Below are positions 27,809-37,122 of a stretch of DNA of 64,000 nt, one piece after another. The translations under genes and the position numbers were made by a program. The DNA is from a virus, in the IMG/VR virus record IMGVR_UViG_3300002307_000021, positions 32,001 through 96,000 of that record; one strand, written 5' to 3'. Each line of letters opens with the position of its first letter. Within the stretch, counting starts at the first letter, position 1. Below the pieces are notes generated by a model, which was given only the letters and a program-made list of their open reading frames with translations, did not search any database and was not told the origin of the DNA.

Positions 27809-28080
27809 GCTTCAATCTCTGCTACTTTTTCTTTACCACGACTAAATGCCGCAATACCTAAGATAGCACCCATGGACAAGTGATATAGTCCACCACCTTG
27901 TAGGGTTAACGGTGTCCAGCTAGTAACTGCCTGTCCTGGATTGTAATACTGTAAGATGTTGAATAAGATTGGGCCTACGATAAAGTCAAACCAAATTGTA
28001 GCCATATATGTAATAGCCATTAACGGACGCCATTTGCTGGTCATCCAATCTTCTGTTTTCTTTTCTGCTGCTGTTGTCAT
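27799..28080 (-). CDS. holin (GTA 3TM holin-like)
   Basis: WRP motif, hydrophobic helices, RGKEK end, lysis-cassette position; late promoter AATAAATA 28111-28118. Confidence 0.75.
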   Translation of the reverse strand: MTTAAEKKTEDWMTSKWRPLMAITYMATIWFDFIVGPILFNILQYYNPGQAVTSWTPLTLQGGGLYHLSMGAILGIAAFSRGKEKVAEIEAGK

Positions 28081-28126
28081 GTCTATGCTCCTAGTGCTTT
28101 ATTATAATAGTATTTATTGCTTTTGG

Positions 28127-28333
28127 TTAAATTGCACCTGCCACTGCAATCAAGCCATTGATCAACTGATTGAGCTGTGCCTTCATTTCTAGATCGTCCG
28201 CAGTAGCACTGATAACTTTAGTATGCTGGATGTCTTCTAGTAATTCTTTGTATTCACTTGCTGATAATTTACCAGCTTTAAATTGTGATTCTAATTCTTT
28301 TATTTCTTCTACTACGTTTTGTGTATTACTCAT
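28127..28333 (-). CDS. small helical protein in lysis cassette
   Basis: 68 aa, ATGA overlap with upstream gene. Confidence 0.75.
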   Translation of the reverse strand: MSNTQNVVEEIKELESQFKAGKLSASEYKELLEDIQHTKVISATADDLEMKAQLNQLINGLIAVAGAI

Positions 28334-28731
28334 CTTGGTTTCGCTCCTATCGCTGTTTGAATTGTTGTTGCGTTTTTCTCAATAGATTTAAATTTAAGAT
28401 TACAGTAGCTTGGGCTTACTGGTTCTAAGCTATCGTATTTTTCGCTTAGGCCTTTGACAATATCAGCTAGTTCGGCAGTCATTTTAGCTGCTTCTTCGTT
28501 GTGCGGTATTGAAGCTGAATAGTTTTTTAATTCAAGTGACTTAGACCATAGACTATCTACTACGGGTACAACTTCTGGACTGCCACATTTTTCTACACCA
28601 ATACTAGCAGTAGTTCTAATGTTATTAGCTAATAGGTATTCGTTGTTGTCAAAGCGTGCCATGCGATAGATATCAACAATTGCACAGCCATTTAATAAGA
28701 CTAATAAAGATAGAACTAGTAGTTTTTTCAT
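28330..28731 (-). CDS. lipoprotein
   Basis: Lipobox LLNG-C after hydrophobic signal. Confidence 0.8.
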   Translation of the reverse strand: MKKLLVLSLLVLLNGCAIVDIYRMARFDNNEYLLANNIRTTASIGVEKCGSPEVVPVVDSLWSKSLELKNYSASIPHNEEAAKMTAELADIVKGLSEKYDSLEPVSPSYCNLKFKSIEKNATTIQTAIGAKPR

Positions 28732-28991
28732 TATTTTATTTCCTCAAATATTTGTTTTTGTTTAGTATACCATTCGTTCCAACGCATGTTATATTCTTGG
28801 CATTCATGATATTGACTATAATTATCTACTACCGTACCAATAACCTCACTTAACTTTTCTGTATAAGGAGTTTGTTGTAGATCAACGCAGGGTTTTTGTA
28901 GTTCAGCAGGTACCTCGGGCCACTTGGCTTTAACTGGGACTAGTTCACATCCTGCAAGTAGTACTATGAATAGAATTGGAATATATTTCAT
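28731..28991 (-). CDS. o-spanin (Rz1-like lipoprotein)
   Basis: Lipobox LAG-C; PxxPAELQKPC; NY..Y.EC. Confidence 0.8.
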   Translation of the reverse strand: MKYIPILFIVLLAGCELVPVKAKWPEVPAELQKPCVDLQQTPYTEKLSEVIGTVVDNYSQYHECQEYNMRWNEWYTKQKQIFEEIK

Positions 28992-29452
28992 TGAGTTAGC
29001 CCTTTAGTTACAACTGCCGCTTCACCGCGGGCAGAACTATTTAAAATATCAATAGCTTCTTTAGGAACTTTACACTCAGCATTGATAACTGTTTCATGTT
29101 CTTTAATAACTTCTTTAGTTTTATACTGCACTTCTTTAATCTTTTTAATCTTAGTTACAATTTTAGTTTTGATATCAGTATTAACCACTTTAGATTTAGC
29201 TTCTGCTGCATCTACTTTCTTTTGCATTTCTGCAACACGGTCACGCCATTGCATTTCAAATTCGTAGCCACCCTTCATATAAAGGCCAGCGCCAAGGGCT
29301 AGTATACCCACTACTTGAATGATTAAACGCCATTGTTCAAAAAACTTAAAACGGAATATAAAGCCAAATAGTGTACACGCTATACCTGTGTAGAATATAA
29401 GATTTACAAAGTATATCAGCATACTTGTTGGAAGTAATTGTAGTAGAAACAT
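28988..29452 (-). CDS. i-spanin (Rz-like)
   Basis: N-terminal TM segments, coiled coil, C-terminal Cys; lies between endolysin and o-spanin. Confidence 0.75.
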   Translation of the reverse strand: MFLLQLLPTSMLIYFVNLIFYTGIACTLFGFIFRFKFFEQWRLIIQVVGILALGAGLYMKGGYEFEMQWRDRVAEMQKKVDAAEAKSKVVNTDIKTKIVTKIKKIKEVQYKTKEVIKEHETVINAECKVPKEAIDILNSSARGEAAVVTKGLTQ

Positions 29453-29453
29453 A

Positions 29454-30296
29454 TTATTGTCCTAACATTTTTTTGATAGTGTTTGGTCCTACAATGCCGT
29501 CTGCAACCAAGCCATGTGCTGTTTGCCATGCTTTAACTGCTTTTTCTGTGCCCGGTCCGTACTTGCCGTCAGGTGTTTGTCCTAGGGCAGTTTGAACTGC
29601 TTTAACTGTGTCGTTGTTACTACCTAAACGCACTGTTACGTATTCTGTACTTGTAGTTATTGGGGCCGACTCTGGTATAGCACCACCACTTAGTAACTGT
29701 TTAGCCTTAGTGTAATGTGCTGTACGATCTTCTAAGCCAATTGTACCACCATTGATCTTTTTAGTCATTTTAACAATGTCGTCTGCATCACATACAGCAT
29801 TTAAGCCGTTTGTTTTCCAAAACCAACACGCTGATTCAATAGCACCATCTAGTGTTTCTAAGTCATGCACTGCTTCATCTAATGTCATACCAACGCTAGC
29901 GGCATACTTAGTATAGTTGTCTTTACCTGTAAGTTGAATAGCACCGCGTCCGCAGAACTTGTAGCCATCGCCACTTGATTCTGGACCATTGCCCATACGT
30001 CCACCATAGACCTTGTTAGCGATCTTTTCTGGGTTACGTGCATAACTAGCAGCACTAGCCGCATCTGGAAAGTATTTGTGGAAAATTTTAGTTAAACCAT
30101 CTGCTGAGTAGTTTAAGTTTTCTTTAAGAACAGTAAAGCCGTTTGATTCGTGTCCGCACTGTGCTAAAAAGCCAGCGGCACGATTAACTGTATTAATTTC
30201 GTATTTGGTAAATTGTTCTGTAAGAACCTCAGCTAGGTCTTGTGGATATTTGTACTGAGGATAAATTGCTTTGATTAGTGCTGCGCTTATTTGCAT
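29454..30296 (-). CDS. endolysin: GH19-type catalytic domain plus peptidoglycan-binding domain
   Basis: FLAQCGHES, ENLNYS, GRGAIQLTG, INGG; C-terminal DGKYGPGT..DGIVGPNT. Confidence 0.93.
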   Translation of the reverse strand: MQISAALIKAIYPQYKYPQDLAEVLTEQFTKYEINTVNRAAGFLAQCGHESNGFTVLKENLNYSADGLTKIFHKYFPDAASAASYARNPEKIANKVYGGRMGNGPESSGDGYKFCGRGAIQLTGKDNYTKYAASVGMTLDEAVHDLETLDGAIESACWFWKTNGLNAVCDADDIVKMTKKINGGTIGLEDRTAHYTKAKQLLSGGAIPESAPITTSTEYVTVRLGSNNDTVKAVQTALGQTPDGKYGPGTEKAVKAWQTAHGLVADGIVGPNTIKKMLGQ

Positions 30297-30312
30297 TGTT
30301 GAACTCCGTTAA

Positions 30313-30882
30313 TTATCTTATACCAGCCGCTATTCTTAAGCTCTCCGTAAAGTTGTTAACAGGTGCCTTAGTAGTTACTTCTACACCTGCGGCTGCTTTT
30401 AATGCATCGATCTCTTCTGTATCTTTGCTAAATTTTCTTTCATATGCTTCCGGTGTTAGCGGAACAATTTTTGTTAACTCTTCAATAGTTAACGAATAGC
30501 TTTTGTGATTTTTGTGATACTTCATATGCCAGTCGTCTAATGTTTGCTCTGTTAGGTTCATAAGGTCTTCCATGATCCTAATAATCTGTTCTGGTAGTTC
30601 TTTATTACGATCGAGCTCAACAAATACTAGGTAGTCGCCGCCCTCTTTTTCGCCTGAGCTAACATCAGCATCAAGTACGTAGCTGTAGCCTTTTTCTACA
30701 AAGCTAACTAAATCTGCGCTAGGTTCTTTACCCGACACTTTAAAGCTAACTACGCAAACATCTTTGTCCTCGCCCATCTTTGACTTATATTCGTCAATGT
30801 GCAGTTCAGGTTGAATTAGACGTTTTAAATCACCAATTTCTAAGTTTTCGTTAAGTTGATTAGAATTGAGGTTGTGTTGCAT
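30313..30882 (-). CDS. hypothetical protein
   Basis: Probable start MQHNL (30882) with AAGGAG SD; C-terminal ESLRIAAGIR. Confidence 0.75.
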   Translation of the reverse strand: MQHNLNSNQLNENLEIGDLKRLIQPELHIDEYKSKMGEDKDVCVVSFKVSGKEPSADLVSFVEKGYSYVLDADVSSGEKEGGDYLVFVELDRNKELPEQIIRIMEDLMNLTEQTLDDWHMKYHKNHKSYSLTIEELTKIVPLTPEAYERKFSKDTEEIDALKAAAGVEVTTKAPVNNFTESLRIAAGIR

Positions 30883-31417
30883 CTGCTGCCTCTCCTTCTT
30901 GGCCTTGACCTTCTGTTTCATCATATGTTGCTTCTGCGTCATTGCCTTCTTCGTATGCTTGTTCAATATCTTCTAAGTCTAGTGTAGCACCTTCTAATTC
31001 TAAACTACCTTGTTGTATTTCTTGCATTAGCTTTTTAGGCATAACAATTTTAACTAACCAAATAGGAACTTTTTTCATTTTAGGCATTTTGCCGCCTGCT
31101 TCGTAGTCATCTGGAGTTTTAACTTTAACAGGGTATTCTAGTATATCTTTACTGTAATATACTTCACAGTCATAGTCTAGTAGACGTTCGCCACCACGTG
31201 GATCAGGCATACGTTTGTGAGGCCACATAAACGTGCAGGTTACGAAATACTTCTCGTAAATTGGGCCTTCTACTAACTCACCATCTTTCCAGTTGGCAAA
31301 AACATAGGTATCAAGTTCATCTAAGACACGTTCAAAATCCAACAGAGTGTTGAGATTAGAATCAGTCATAAAGATTTCTTTAATATTGTCTATAACGTCG
31401 TGTATTGCTTTGCTCAT
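30860..31417 (-). CDS. hypothetical acidic protein
   Basis: 185 aa; late promoter CATAAATA 31439-31446. Confidence 0.8.
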   Translation of the reverse strand: MSKAIHDVIDNIKEIFMTDSNLNTLLDFERVLDELDTYVFANWKDGELVEGPIYEKYFVTCTFMWPHKRMPDPRGGERLLDYDCEVYYSKDILEYPVKVKTPDDYEAGGKMPKMKKVPIWLVKIVMPKKLMQEIQQGSLELEGATLDLEDIEQAYEEGNDAEATYDETEGQGQEGEAADATQPQF

Positions 31418-31603
31418 AGGAATAGGACTCTTTTTTATTATTTATGCTGTTTGTGAGATAACGGAATTAATGAATACTACGATGGATAGCTTAATACTTA
31501 GTCCAGATAATAAAGTTTTAACTGCTCACATTCAATAAAAAAATTGACTCTTAAATATCTGTGTAGATGCTTTAATCTACAAACACTTCAAAGGAGCATT
31601 AAC

Positions 31604-32350
31604 TTGTCAAGACATCGCAGATCAGCAGCACGTAACGTAAACGCATTCGCAACCCAACAAGATAACACAGTAGTCAGCTTCAATAACTATGTCCAGCAAA
31701 GGAAGACAGTTCACCTAATACCCAAAAGTTTAAACCAAGAAGATTATATTAGCCTATTAACAGACGATTCTAAGTGTATCGTCTTTGCAACGGGCCCTGC
31801 CGGTACTGGCAAAACCATGTTAGCTATGCTAGCTGGTATTAAAGCATACAAAGAAGGAACAGTAAGTAAACTAATTTTAACACGTCCGGCGGTAGGAGTG
31901 GACGATGAAAAGCATGGCTTCCTACCAGGTGATATAACCGCTAAGATGGAACCGTGGACTAGACCACTTTTTGATGTCATTCAGGAGTATTATAGCCCAA
32001 AAGAAGTAGCACGCATGCTAGAAGAACAGATAATAGAGATAGCTCCACTAGCATATATGAGAGGTCGTACATTTAAGGGATGTTGGATAGTAGCAGATGA
32101 GATGCAAAACGCCACCCCTGGACAGATAAAGATGCTCCTTACACGACTCGGCGAAGGTTCTAAAATAGTTGTAACAGGCGACACACGTCAAGCTGATAGA
32201 CGAGACCCGGATAATGGCTTACTAGACTTTAAACGTTTGTTTGAAGGCTTTAGTAATAGCAAATACATCGCAGGTGTTGAGTTTAATGCTAAAGATATTG
32301 CCCGTCATCCTGCTGTTGCGGAGGTGCTAAGACTATACGGAGAAGACTAA
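31604..32350 (+). CDS. phoH: PhoH-like ATPase
   Basis: GPAGTGKT, GFLPG, YMRGRT, DEMQN, TRLG, GDTRQ, RH; TTG start after AAGGAG. Confidence 0.95.
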   Translation: MSRHRRSAARNVNAFATQQDNTVVSFNNYVQQRKTVHLIPKSLNQEDYISLLTDDSKCIVFATGPAGTGKTMLAMLAGIKAYKEGTVSKLILTRPAVGVDDEKHGFLPGDITAKMEPWTRPLFDVIQEYYSPKEVARMLEEQIIEIAPLAYMRGRTFKGCWIVADEMQNATPGQIKMLLTRLGEGSKIVVTGDTRQADRRDPDNGLLDFKRLFEGFSNSKYIAGVEFNAKDIARHPAVAEVLRLYGED

Positions 32351-32352
32351 CC

Positions 32353-32673
32353 CTACAATAAATGCTTATCTGAGGGGATACTCGGTGTTTTAATGGTTAC
32401 TACCTGAGTGTCCTCTAGATATTCTAATTGACTAACATCGCCTGGATACAGAATATGTATGTCACCGGCTTCAAATATTTCGCCATTAAGTAACGCACGC
32501 CCACTAATCACTAAGGTGATCTCAGTGATTTCTTTATGTACATGCGTTGGGGTTTTGCAACGTGGATTATTTTGATAGCAGACTTCAAAGTCATTGGTTT
32601 TAAAAACTGCTTCTGGAAAATTACCTATAAACCAACCACGTGCACCACTATCACTTAGTTTGAATCGTTTCAT
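32353..32673 (-). CDS. cupin-fold protein
   Basis: GWFIGNF, HVHKEITE. Confidence 0.75.
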   Translation of the reverse strand: MKRFKLSDSGARGWFIGNFPEAVFKTNDFEVCYQNNPRCKTPTHVHKEITEITLVISGRALLNGEIFEAGDIHILYPGDVSQLEYLEDTQVVTIKTPSIPSDKHLL

Positions 32674-32965
32674 TTAATTTGTTTACGCTATCATCAATAT
32701 ATTCGGAATATGCTTCGTAGAAGTACTCGAACATGTCTGCAAAACTTGTGCCACTATTGAACGAATTTTTGACGATTTTCTCTTCAGTTAGGTTCAAAAC
32801 AACGTTGTTTTCGGCATCTTTATCCCTCAATCCGCGAGTGATGTACACTTGCTCATCATATTCAATATTCTCAGGATTTATCATATATCCCGCCTTAGAA
32901 GTCTGTTTAGGATCTTTAGGTCTTGCTTGATACTTTGCTATAAGGTAAATGTTTAAATTAGCCAA
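32651..32965 (-). CDS. hypothetical protein
   Basis: 104 aa, coupled to the clamp loader gene. Confidence 0.78.
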   Translation of the reverse strand: MANLNIYLIAKYQARPKDPKQTSKAGYMINPENIEYDEQVYITRGLRDKDAENNVVLNLTEEKIVKNSFNSGTSFADMFEYFYEAYSEYIDDSVNKLNETIQTK

Positions 32966-33881
32966 TTTGACTTAACTCCACTAACGTTGCTGAAATATTG
33001 ATCTCCGGATCTGCTACCATACTGTGGTTAACTAGACCTTTGCGAATAGCTAGAATAGCTTCGTCTTGACCTTCATCTGTTTTACTCCAAATATCTAAGT
33101 TATCATACATCCAGCGGAATAGATCATCCATCTCATCTGATTGTACTTGACTACACAGTAGTTGACGTGCTTCACGGATCTTACCTGCTTTAAACAATGC
33201 TACACAATCTAACTTCCAATCACCTACACTCTTATCACCTTCTTTAGGTTTACGTAGGTTACCTTCTGTTGAGTTTTGTTGCACAAGATTTAAGCATTTA
33301 CGTAGATCAGGATAGCATGCTTTAACATAGCTATCTAATGTATCTAGTTCAAACTCAATACCTTCTGATACTAACACAGTAGCAACACGGGCAGTGTATT
33401 CTGTGTGATCTGCTTTGGCAATCTGTAGACTTTGACAACGACTATGAATAGCTGGCATAATCTTATTTGGATAGTTACATGTTAAGATAAAACGCACGCT
33501 GTCACTATAGTCTTCCATCAAATTACGTAGTGCCGGCTGTACTGAGTTAATATTCATATAGTCAGCTTCGTCAATTAACACCACTTTAAACTTACCAAAT
33601 GGCATAGTTTGACAAAAACTAATAAGTTTGTCTACCCATTCAACTTTACGTGCTTCTTTACTACCGTTAGCAGTAAGCACATCAAATTCATCTACACCCA
33701 TTTCGTTAATCAACATCTTGGCTAATGTAGTTTTACCTGTGCCTGGGCCACCACTGAATAATAAATGTGGAATAGTGCCTGCTTTGATCCAGCTGGCTAC
33801 TTGATCACGTTGACTATCATCAACAAACACATACCCATCAAGTGTTGATGGTCTATACTTCTCTACCCATAATTGTTTCAT
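32958..33881 (-). CDS. clamp loader ATPase subunit (RFC-small/gp44-like)
   Basis: LWVEKYRP, GGPGTGKT, DEAD, SRC; start at MKQLW. Confidence 0.93.
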   Translation of the reverse strand: MKQLWVEKYRPSTLDGYVFVDDSQRDQVASWIKAGTIPHLLFSGGPGTGKTTLAKMLINEMGVDEFDVLTANGSKEARKVEWVDKLISFCQTMPFGKFKVVLIDEADYMNINSVQPALRNLMEDYSDSVRFILTCNYPNKIMPAIHSRCQSLQIAKADHTEYTARVATVLVSEGIEFELDTLDSYVKACYPDLRKCLNLVQQNSTEGNLRKPKEGDKSVGDWKLDCVALFKAGKIREARQLLCSQVQSDEMDDLFRWMYDNLDIWSKTDEGQDEAILAIRKGLVNHSMVADPEINISATLVELSQIG

Positions 33882-34105
33882 TTCTTTAACATCTCCATTA
33901 GCCTTGTTCGTTCCCATTCCTGTTCGTGTTCTGGAAAGGATGGTGTAAGTTTATACTGATCTTCTATAAAACATTTTAACACATAAAGTTGGTGTTTGCA
34001 ATGACATTGGTTGAATCCATCTGAATATGGATCATTGCTTTTTTGGGTCAGTTGGCGGATATATCTGACTACATCCGCTCCTGTTTGATCTAGATCTCTG
34101 GGCAA
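33878..34105 (-). CDS. hypothetical protein
   Basis: 75 aa ORF filling an operon gap. Confidence 0.65.
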   Translation of the reverse strand: MPRDLDQTGADVVRYIRQLTQKSNDPYSDGFNQCHCKHQLYVLKCFIEDQYKLTPSFPEHEQEWERTRLMEMLKK

Positions 34106-34486
34106 TTAATCTCTAGTCTTTTTGTTTACGCCCATGTTATCGCCGATGGATTCATCTTGCATGGGTACATCACTGACTAATAGGATATCATCATTATCAA
34201 TTCTGCGAATAGTCTTTTCACCTTCGTCGTCTTGAATTTCTAAGCCTCTAGTCCAACGTCCGTGCTTGACACAAACGTATTGGCCAACCCGAACATCTTG
34301 TTGTTTTGGACCAACTGCGTAAACTTTTGCCCAACGAGCATGTATGCCTTCTAGTTTACCGTCACCACTTAAGATAATAATGCCACTTAGACTGGTGCGC
34401 ATGTCAAAATTCATATCACATACAATGATATGATTACCAATTGGTCTAATAGACTTGATCTTGTTTGCTTCAAATAATGCTACCAT
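34106..34486 (-). CDS. GroES-like co-chaperonin
   Basis: IRPIGNHIIV, SGIII, VYAVGP, DILLV. Confidence 0.8.
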   Translation of the reverse strand: MVALFEANKIKSIRPIGNHIIVCDMNFDMRTSLSGIIILSGDGKLEGIHARWAKVYAVGPKQQDVRVGQYVCVKHGRWTRGLEIQDDEGEKTIRRIDNDDILLVSDVPMQDESIGDNMGVNKKTRD

Positions 34487-34495
34487 TTCTAATCC

Positions 34496-34900
34496 TTATA
34501 GTCTTTGAGGGCCACTTGGTTTGCCTAATTGGCTAGCAGGTGTTAATAGTTCTTGATTAACTTCTGTAGTTTGTGCTACCGCATCAGCAAAACTTCCGCG
34601 TGGTTTATTGGTATTAGCCTGATTTGATTCTGCTTGCGGATGCAACGGTGCAGGCTCTGTTGTAGCTTCTGCTACTTGTTCGGCATAAGGATCTTCTTCA
34701 ATCTGTTCTTCAATTGCATTTGTTTGATGGTATTCAGCCATTATCTGTGCGCGAGTTTTAATAATTTTACCCCCTGGTCCTAGTTGATCACCACGAGCAT
34801 TAGTTTTAGTATTACCCACGGCAATAGTTGTTTCGTTAGCAAGGCGTAATCTATCAATATCGATAGCACTCCCTTGTGCAGTTCTGCGAATGTTACTCAT
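34496..34900 (-). CDS. hypothetical protein
   Basis: 134 aa, AGGAG SD, late promoter 34924-34931. Confidence 0.8.
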   Translation of the reverse strand: MSNIRRTAQGSAIDIDRLRLANETTIAVGNTKTNARGDQLGPGGKIIKTRAQIMAEYHQTNAIEEQIEEDPYAEQVAEATTEPAPLHPQAESNQANTNKPRGSFADAVAQTTEVNQELLTPASQLGKPSGPQRL

Positions 34901-34926
34901 GTTACTCTCCTATTATATACGTATAT

Positions 34927-35439
34927 TTATTTTAAGAATTCATCAATAGATAATTCATAATATAAGCTGTTAATTTTATGCACACCTAATAAGAATAGTA
35001 CATAACTTGCCACGCTCGATCCACGACCCACACCCCATACCAGGTTATTTTTACGTAGGGTATCTACTAGATACTTTAGGTAACGCAATAGATTAAACAG
35101 GTCACGCTCTTGATATAGCAATAACTCTTCTGCTACACGTTGTAATTCATAATCTTGTGTACACAAACTTAGAATATGTTCAGCTATATCTAGTTCTTTG
35201 TATTCGTTGGGCATGCGCCAGTTAGATTGGAATCTTTTGTCAAACTCTTCAATACTATCAGCTAGTGTTACATACCCGGTTAAATTAGGCACATCTGCGT
35301 GCAATTCTGCTCGACTTTTGTTAAATTCTTGCGGATCTTCAACCAAAAACAGGCTCAAATCCAGTGAAGGATTCTTATACAGTAAGTTGCATAGTTCTTT
35401 ACTTTCTGTATATGTTCTGCCGTATTGATCGTATTTCAT
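34927..35439 (-). CDS. stand-alone DnaE (Pol III alpha)-like fragment
   Basis: RVAEEL...GVGRGSSVASYVLFLLG; only 170 aa. Confidence 0.8.
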   Translation of the reverse strand: MKYDQYGRTYTESKELCNLLYKNPSLDLSLFLVEDPQEFNKSRAELHADVPNLTGYVTLADSIEEFDKRFQSNWRMPNEYKELDIAEHILSLCTQDYELQRVAEELLLYQERDLFNLLRYLKYLVDTLRKNNLVWGVGRGSSVASYVLFLLGVHKINSLYYELSIDEFLK

Positions 35440-35690
35440 TAGTCTTTTGTGATGTCCAATGGTGCTTCTGGGTCGCCACCAAATCTACCAGATTTCATTG
35501 CTTGGTCTAACAGTCGTCTATTTCGTGTTTCTGCTTCGATCGCATAATCACCTAATACTAGCGATATTTGATTTACTAACTCACCATTACCTATGTTGTA
35601 GGCAAATGATAATTTATTCTGCAATTCACTACGTTTTTTAAACAGTTCGTCGTCCGATAGTCCACTTAGATCTGGGGTTAATGGATGCAT
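35439..35690 (-). CDS. hypothetical protein
   Basis: 83 aa, coupled to neighbours. Confidence 0.78.
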   Translation of the reverse strand: MHPLTPDLSGLSDDELFKKRSELQNKLSFAYNIGNGELVNQISLVLGDYAIEAETRNRRLLDQAMKSGRFGGDPEAPLDITKD

Positions 35691-36097
35691 TATAGATCTC
35701 CGGTTTGCCTATTCTCACTGTAATGGGCATCAAACTCACCACCAGGATAGCGGCTTTTTAGTTTGTTAATATTTTCTAGTATAACATCATTGGGATCTAA
35801 ATTCAATGCTCTGCAGGCATTAATCCAATACCACATAATATCGCCTAGTTCACGTTTCATATGAAAGATGTTTTCTTCGTTTACTGGCTTACCTTGAAAT
35901 AGCATCTTCTTAGGAATTTCAGCAAATTCACCTGTTTCTGCGGCTAGGCCAATTGCGGCTGTTAGCAGTAAGCTAGGATTGATAGTTGTGGATTCGTTAA
36001 TTGCACGAATTTTTTCAATTAGTAGGTCTGGGTAATTTGACTCTGCTGATGTAACTTCACGTACAAAGTCTTGATATTTGTTTAAATCAATTTGCAT
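35690..36097 (-). CDS. MazG-like NTP pyrophosphohydrolase
   Basis: ETGEFAE, ELGDIMWY, NINKLKSRYP. Confidence 0.9.
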   Translation of the reverse strand: MQIDLNKYQDFVREVTSAESNYPDLLIEKIRAINESTTINPSLLLTAAIGLAAETGEFAEIPKKMLFQGKPVNEENIFHMKRELGDIMWYWINACRALNLDPNDVILENINKLKSRYPGGEFDAHYSENRQTGDL

Positions 36098-36101
36098 AAA
36101 T

Positions 36102-36150
36102 GAAAAACTCCTTATACTACATTATATACTAACGTAGGATAAGGAGTCAA
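36102..36150 (-). terminator. terminator/SD-sequestering hairpin with embedded sigma70 promoter
   Basis: ACTCCTTAT-C-CTAC...GTAG-T-ATAAGGAGT then TTTT; TTGACT-18-TATAAT. Confidence 0.7.
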
Positions 36151-36165
36151 TGGGTTTTGGTACTA

Positions 36166-37122
36166 TTAGCCTACTTTATACCATTTGCTTTCTACTGCAT
36201 GGTAGAAGTATTCTACTTTTGATCCTGCGGCTAAAGAAATATTACCTTGGTTAGTTAGTGTTGTCCCTGTATTTGGTTGAACATACAAGAATTGTACAGC
36301 CTGTGTTGAACTAATAGTAACAACAGTAGCATCAACGTTGCTAGCTGGTAATGTAATATTTGCATAAAGACTAATAAGACCTGCACCACTTGGATCCATT
36401 ATAATACGGCTTACATTGGTGTTGGCAGTGAACGCTAAATTGCCTGTTGGGCTATAGTATTGATAACCTGCTTCAACTCTAGCACCACTGGTAGTTAGGT
36501 TACCAGTAATAGCAAAGTCTGTTACATTATCTGCATTTCTAAATGCATCAGCAATAGTTACAGTAGCACCACTGTCATATGTGGTAAAATCAAATGTATA
36601 GATACCTGCACTTGGGAAAGTAATAGCACCAGTAGCATAATTATACCCCTGGATAGAATTAGCAAATGATGTTAATACTGTGCCAGGTAACGAAATAGTA
36701 TACGATGTACTAGTTACGTTAGCTTGTAAGCGTAAAGTTGTATACAAGTTTGTTAATGGCCATGTAGTTGCAAATGATAAATTAACGCTACCTGCTGTGG
36801 TTAATGTTTGGAAATGTCCTTGTGTCCAATCAATTGTGGTAGTGCTTGACACTGGACCAAGATCAATTTTAGTTGATGTAAACTGTTTAATTTGTGCCGC
36901 AACCAATGGTTGTTGACTTAAATTGTTGAAGTTAGCATCAACAGTGCCTCCACTAAGTGGTCCTTTTAATACAGCATTAGTTTGAAGATCAGTAATCTCA
37001 CTAGCTGCAAACTGAAAGTTATTTTTAGTTTCAGTAAAATTATTGCGGAATCCTTGGCTGTCGTTGTCCTGACCAGCAATAGGATATGTTCCGTCAATGG
37101 TGTTTGGGTTAATGCTACTCAT
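36166..37122 (-). CDS. virion structural protein (baseplate/tail associated)
   Basis: YPIAGQDNDSQGFRNNF N-terminus; T/S/N-rich. Confidence 0.7.
   Translation of the reverse strand: MSSINPNTIDGTYPIAGQDNDSQGFRNNFTETKNNFQFAASEITDLQTNAVLKGPLSGGTVDANFNNLSQQPLVAAQIKQFTSTKIDLGPVSSTTTIDWTQGHFQTLTTAGSVNLSFATTWPLTNLYTTLRLQANVTSTSYTISLPGTVLTSFANSIQGYNYATGAITFPSAGIYTFDFTTYDSGATVTIADAFRNADNVTDFAITGNLTTSGARVEAGYQYYSPTGNLAFTANTNVSRIIMDPSGAGLISLYANITLPASNVDATVVTISSTQAVQFLYVQPNTGTTLTNQGNISLAAGSKVEYFYHAVESKWYKVG

Noticed and set aside
27608-27883. 91-aa Cys/Arg-rich + strand ORF
   Set aside because: Antisense shadow of the holin and its -1 extension; implausible composition, no SD.
31418-31603. Replication origin in the AT-rich divergent gap before phoH
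   Set aside because: Explained by divergent late promoters and a leader hairpin; no iterons seen and skew cannot be computed here.
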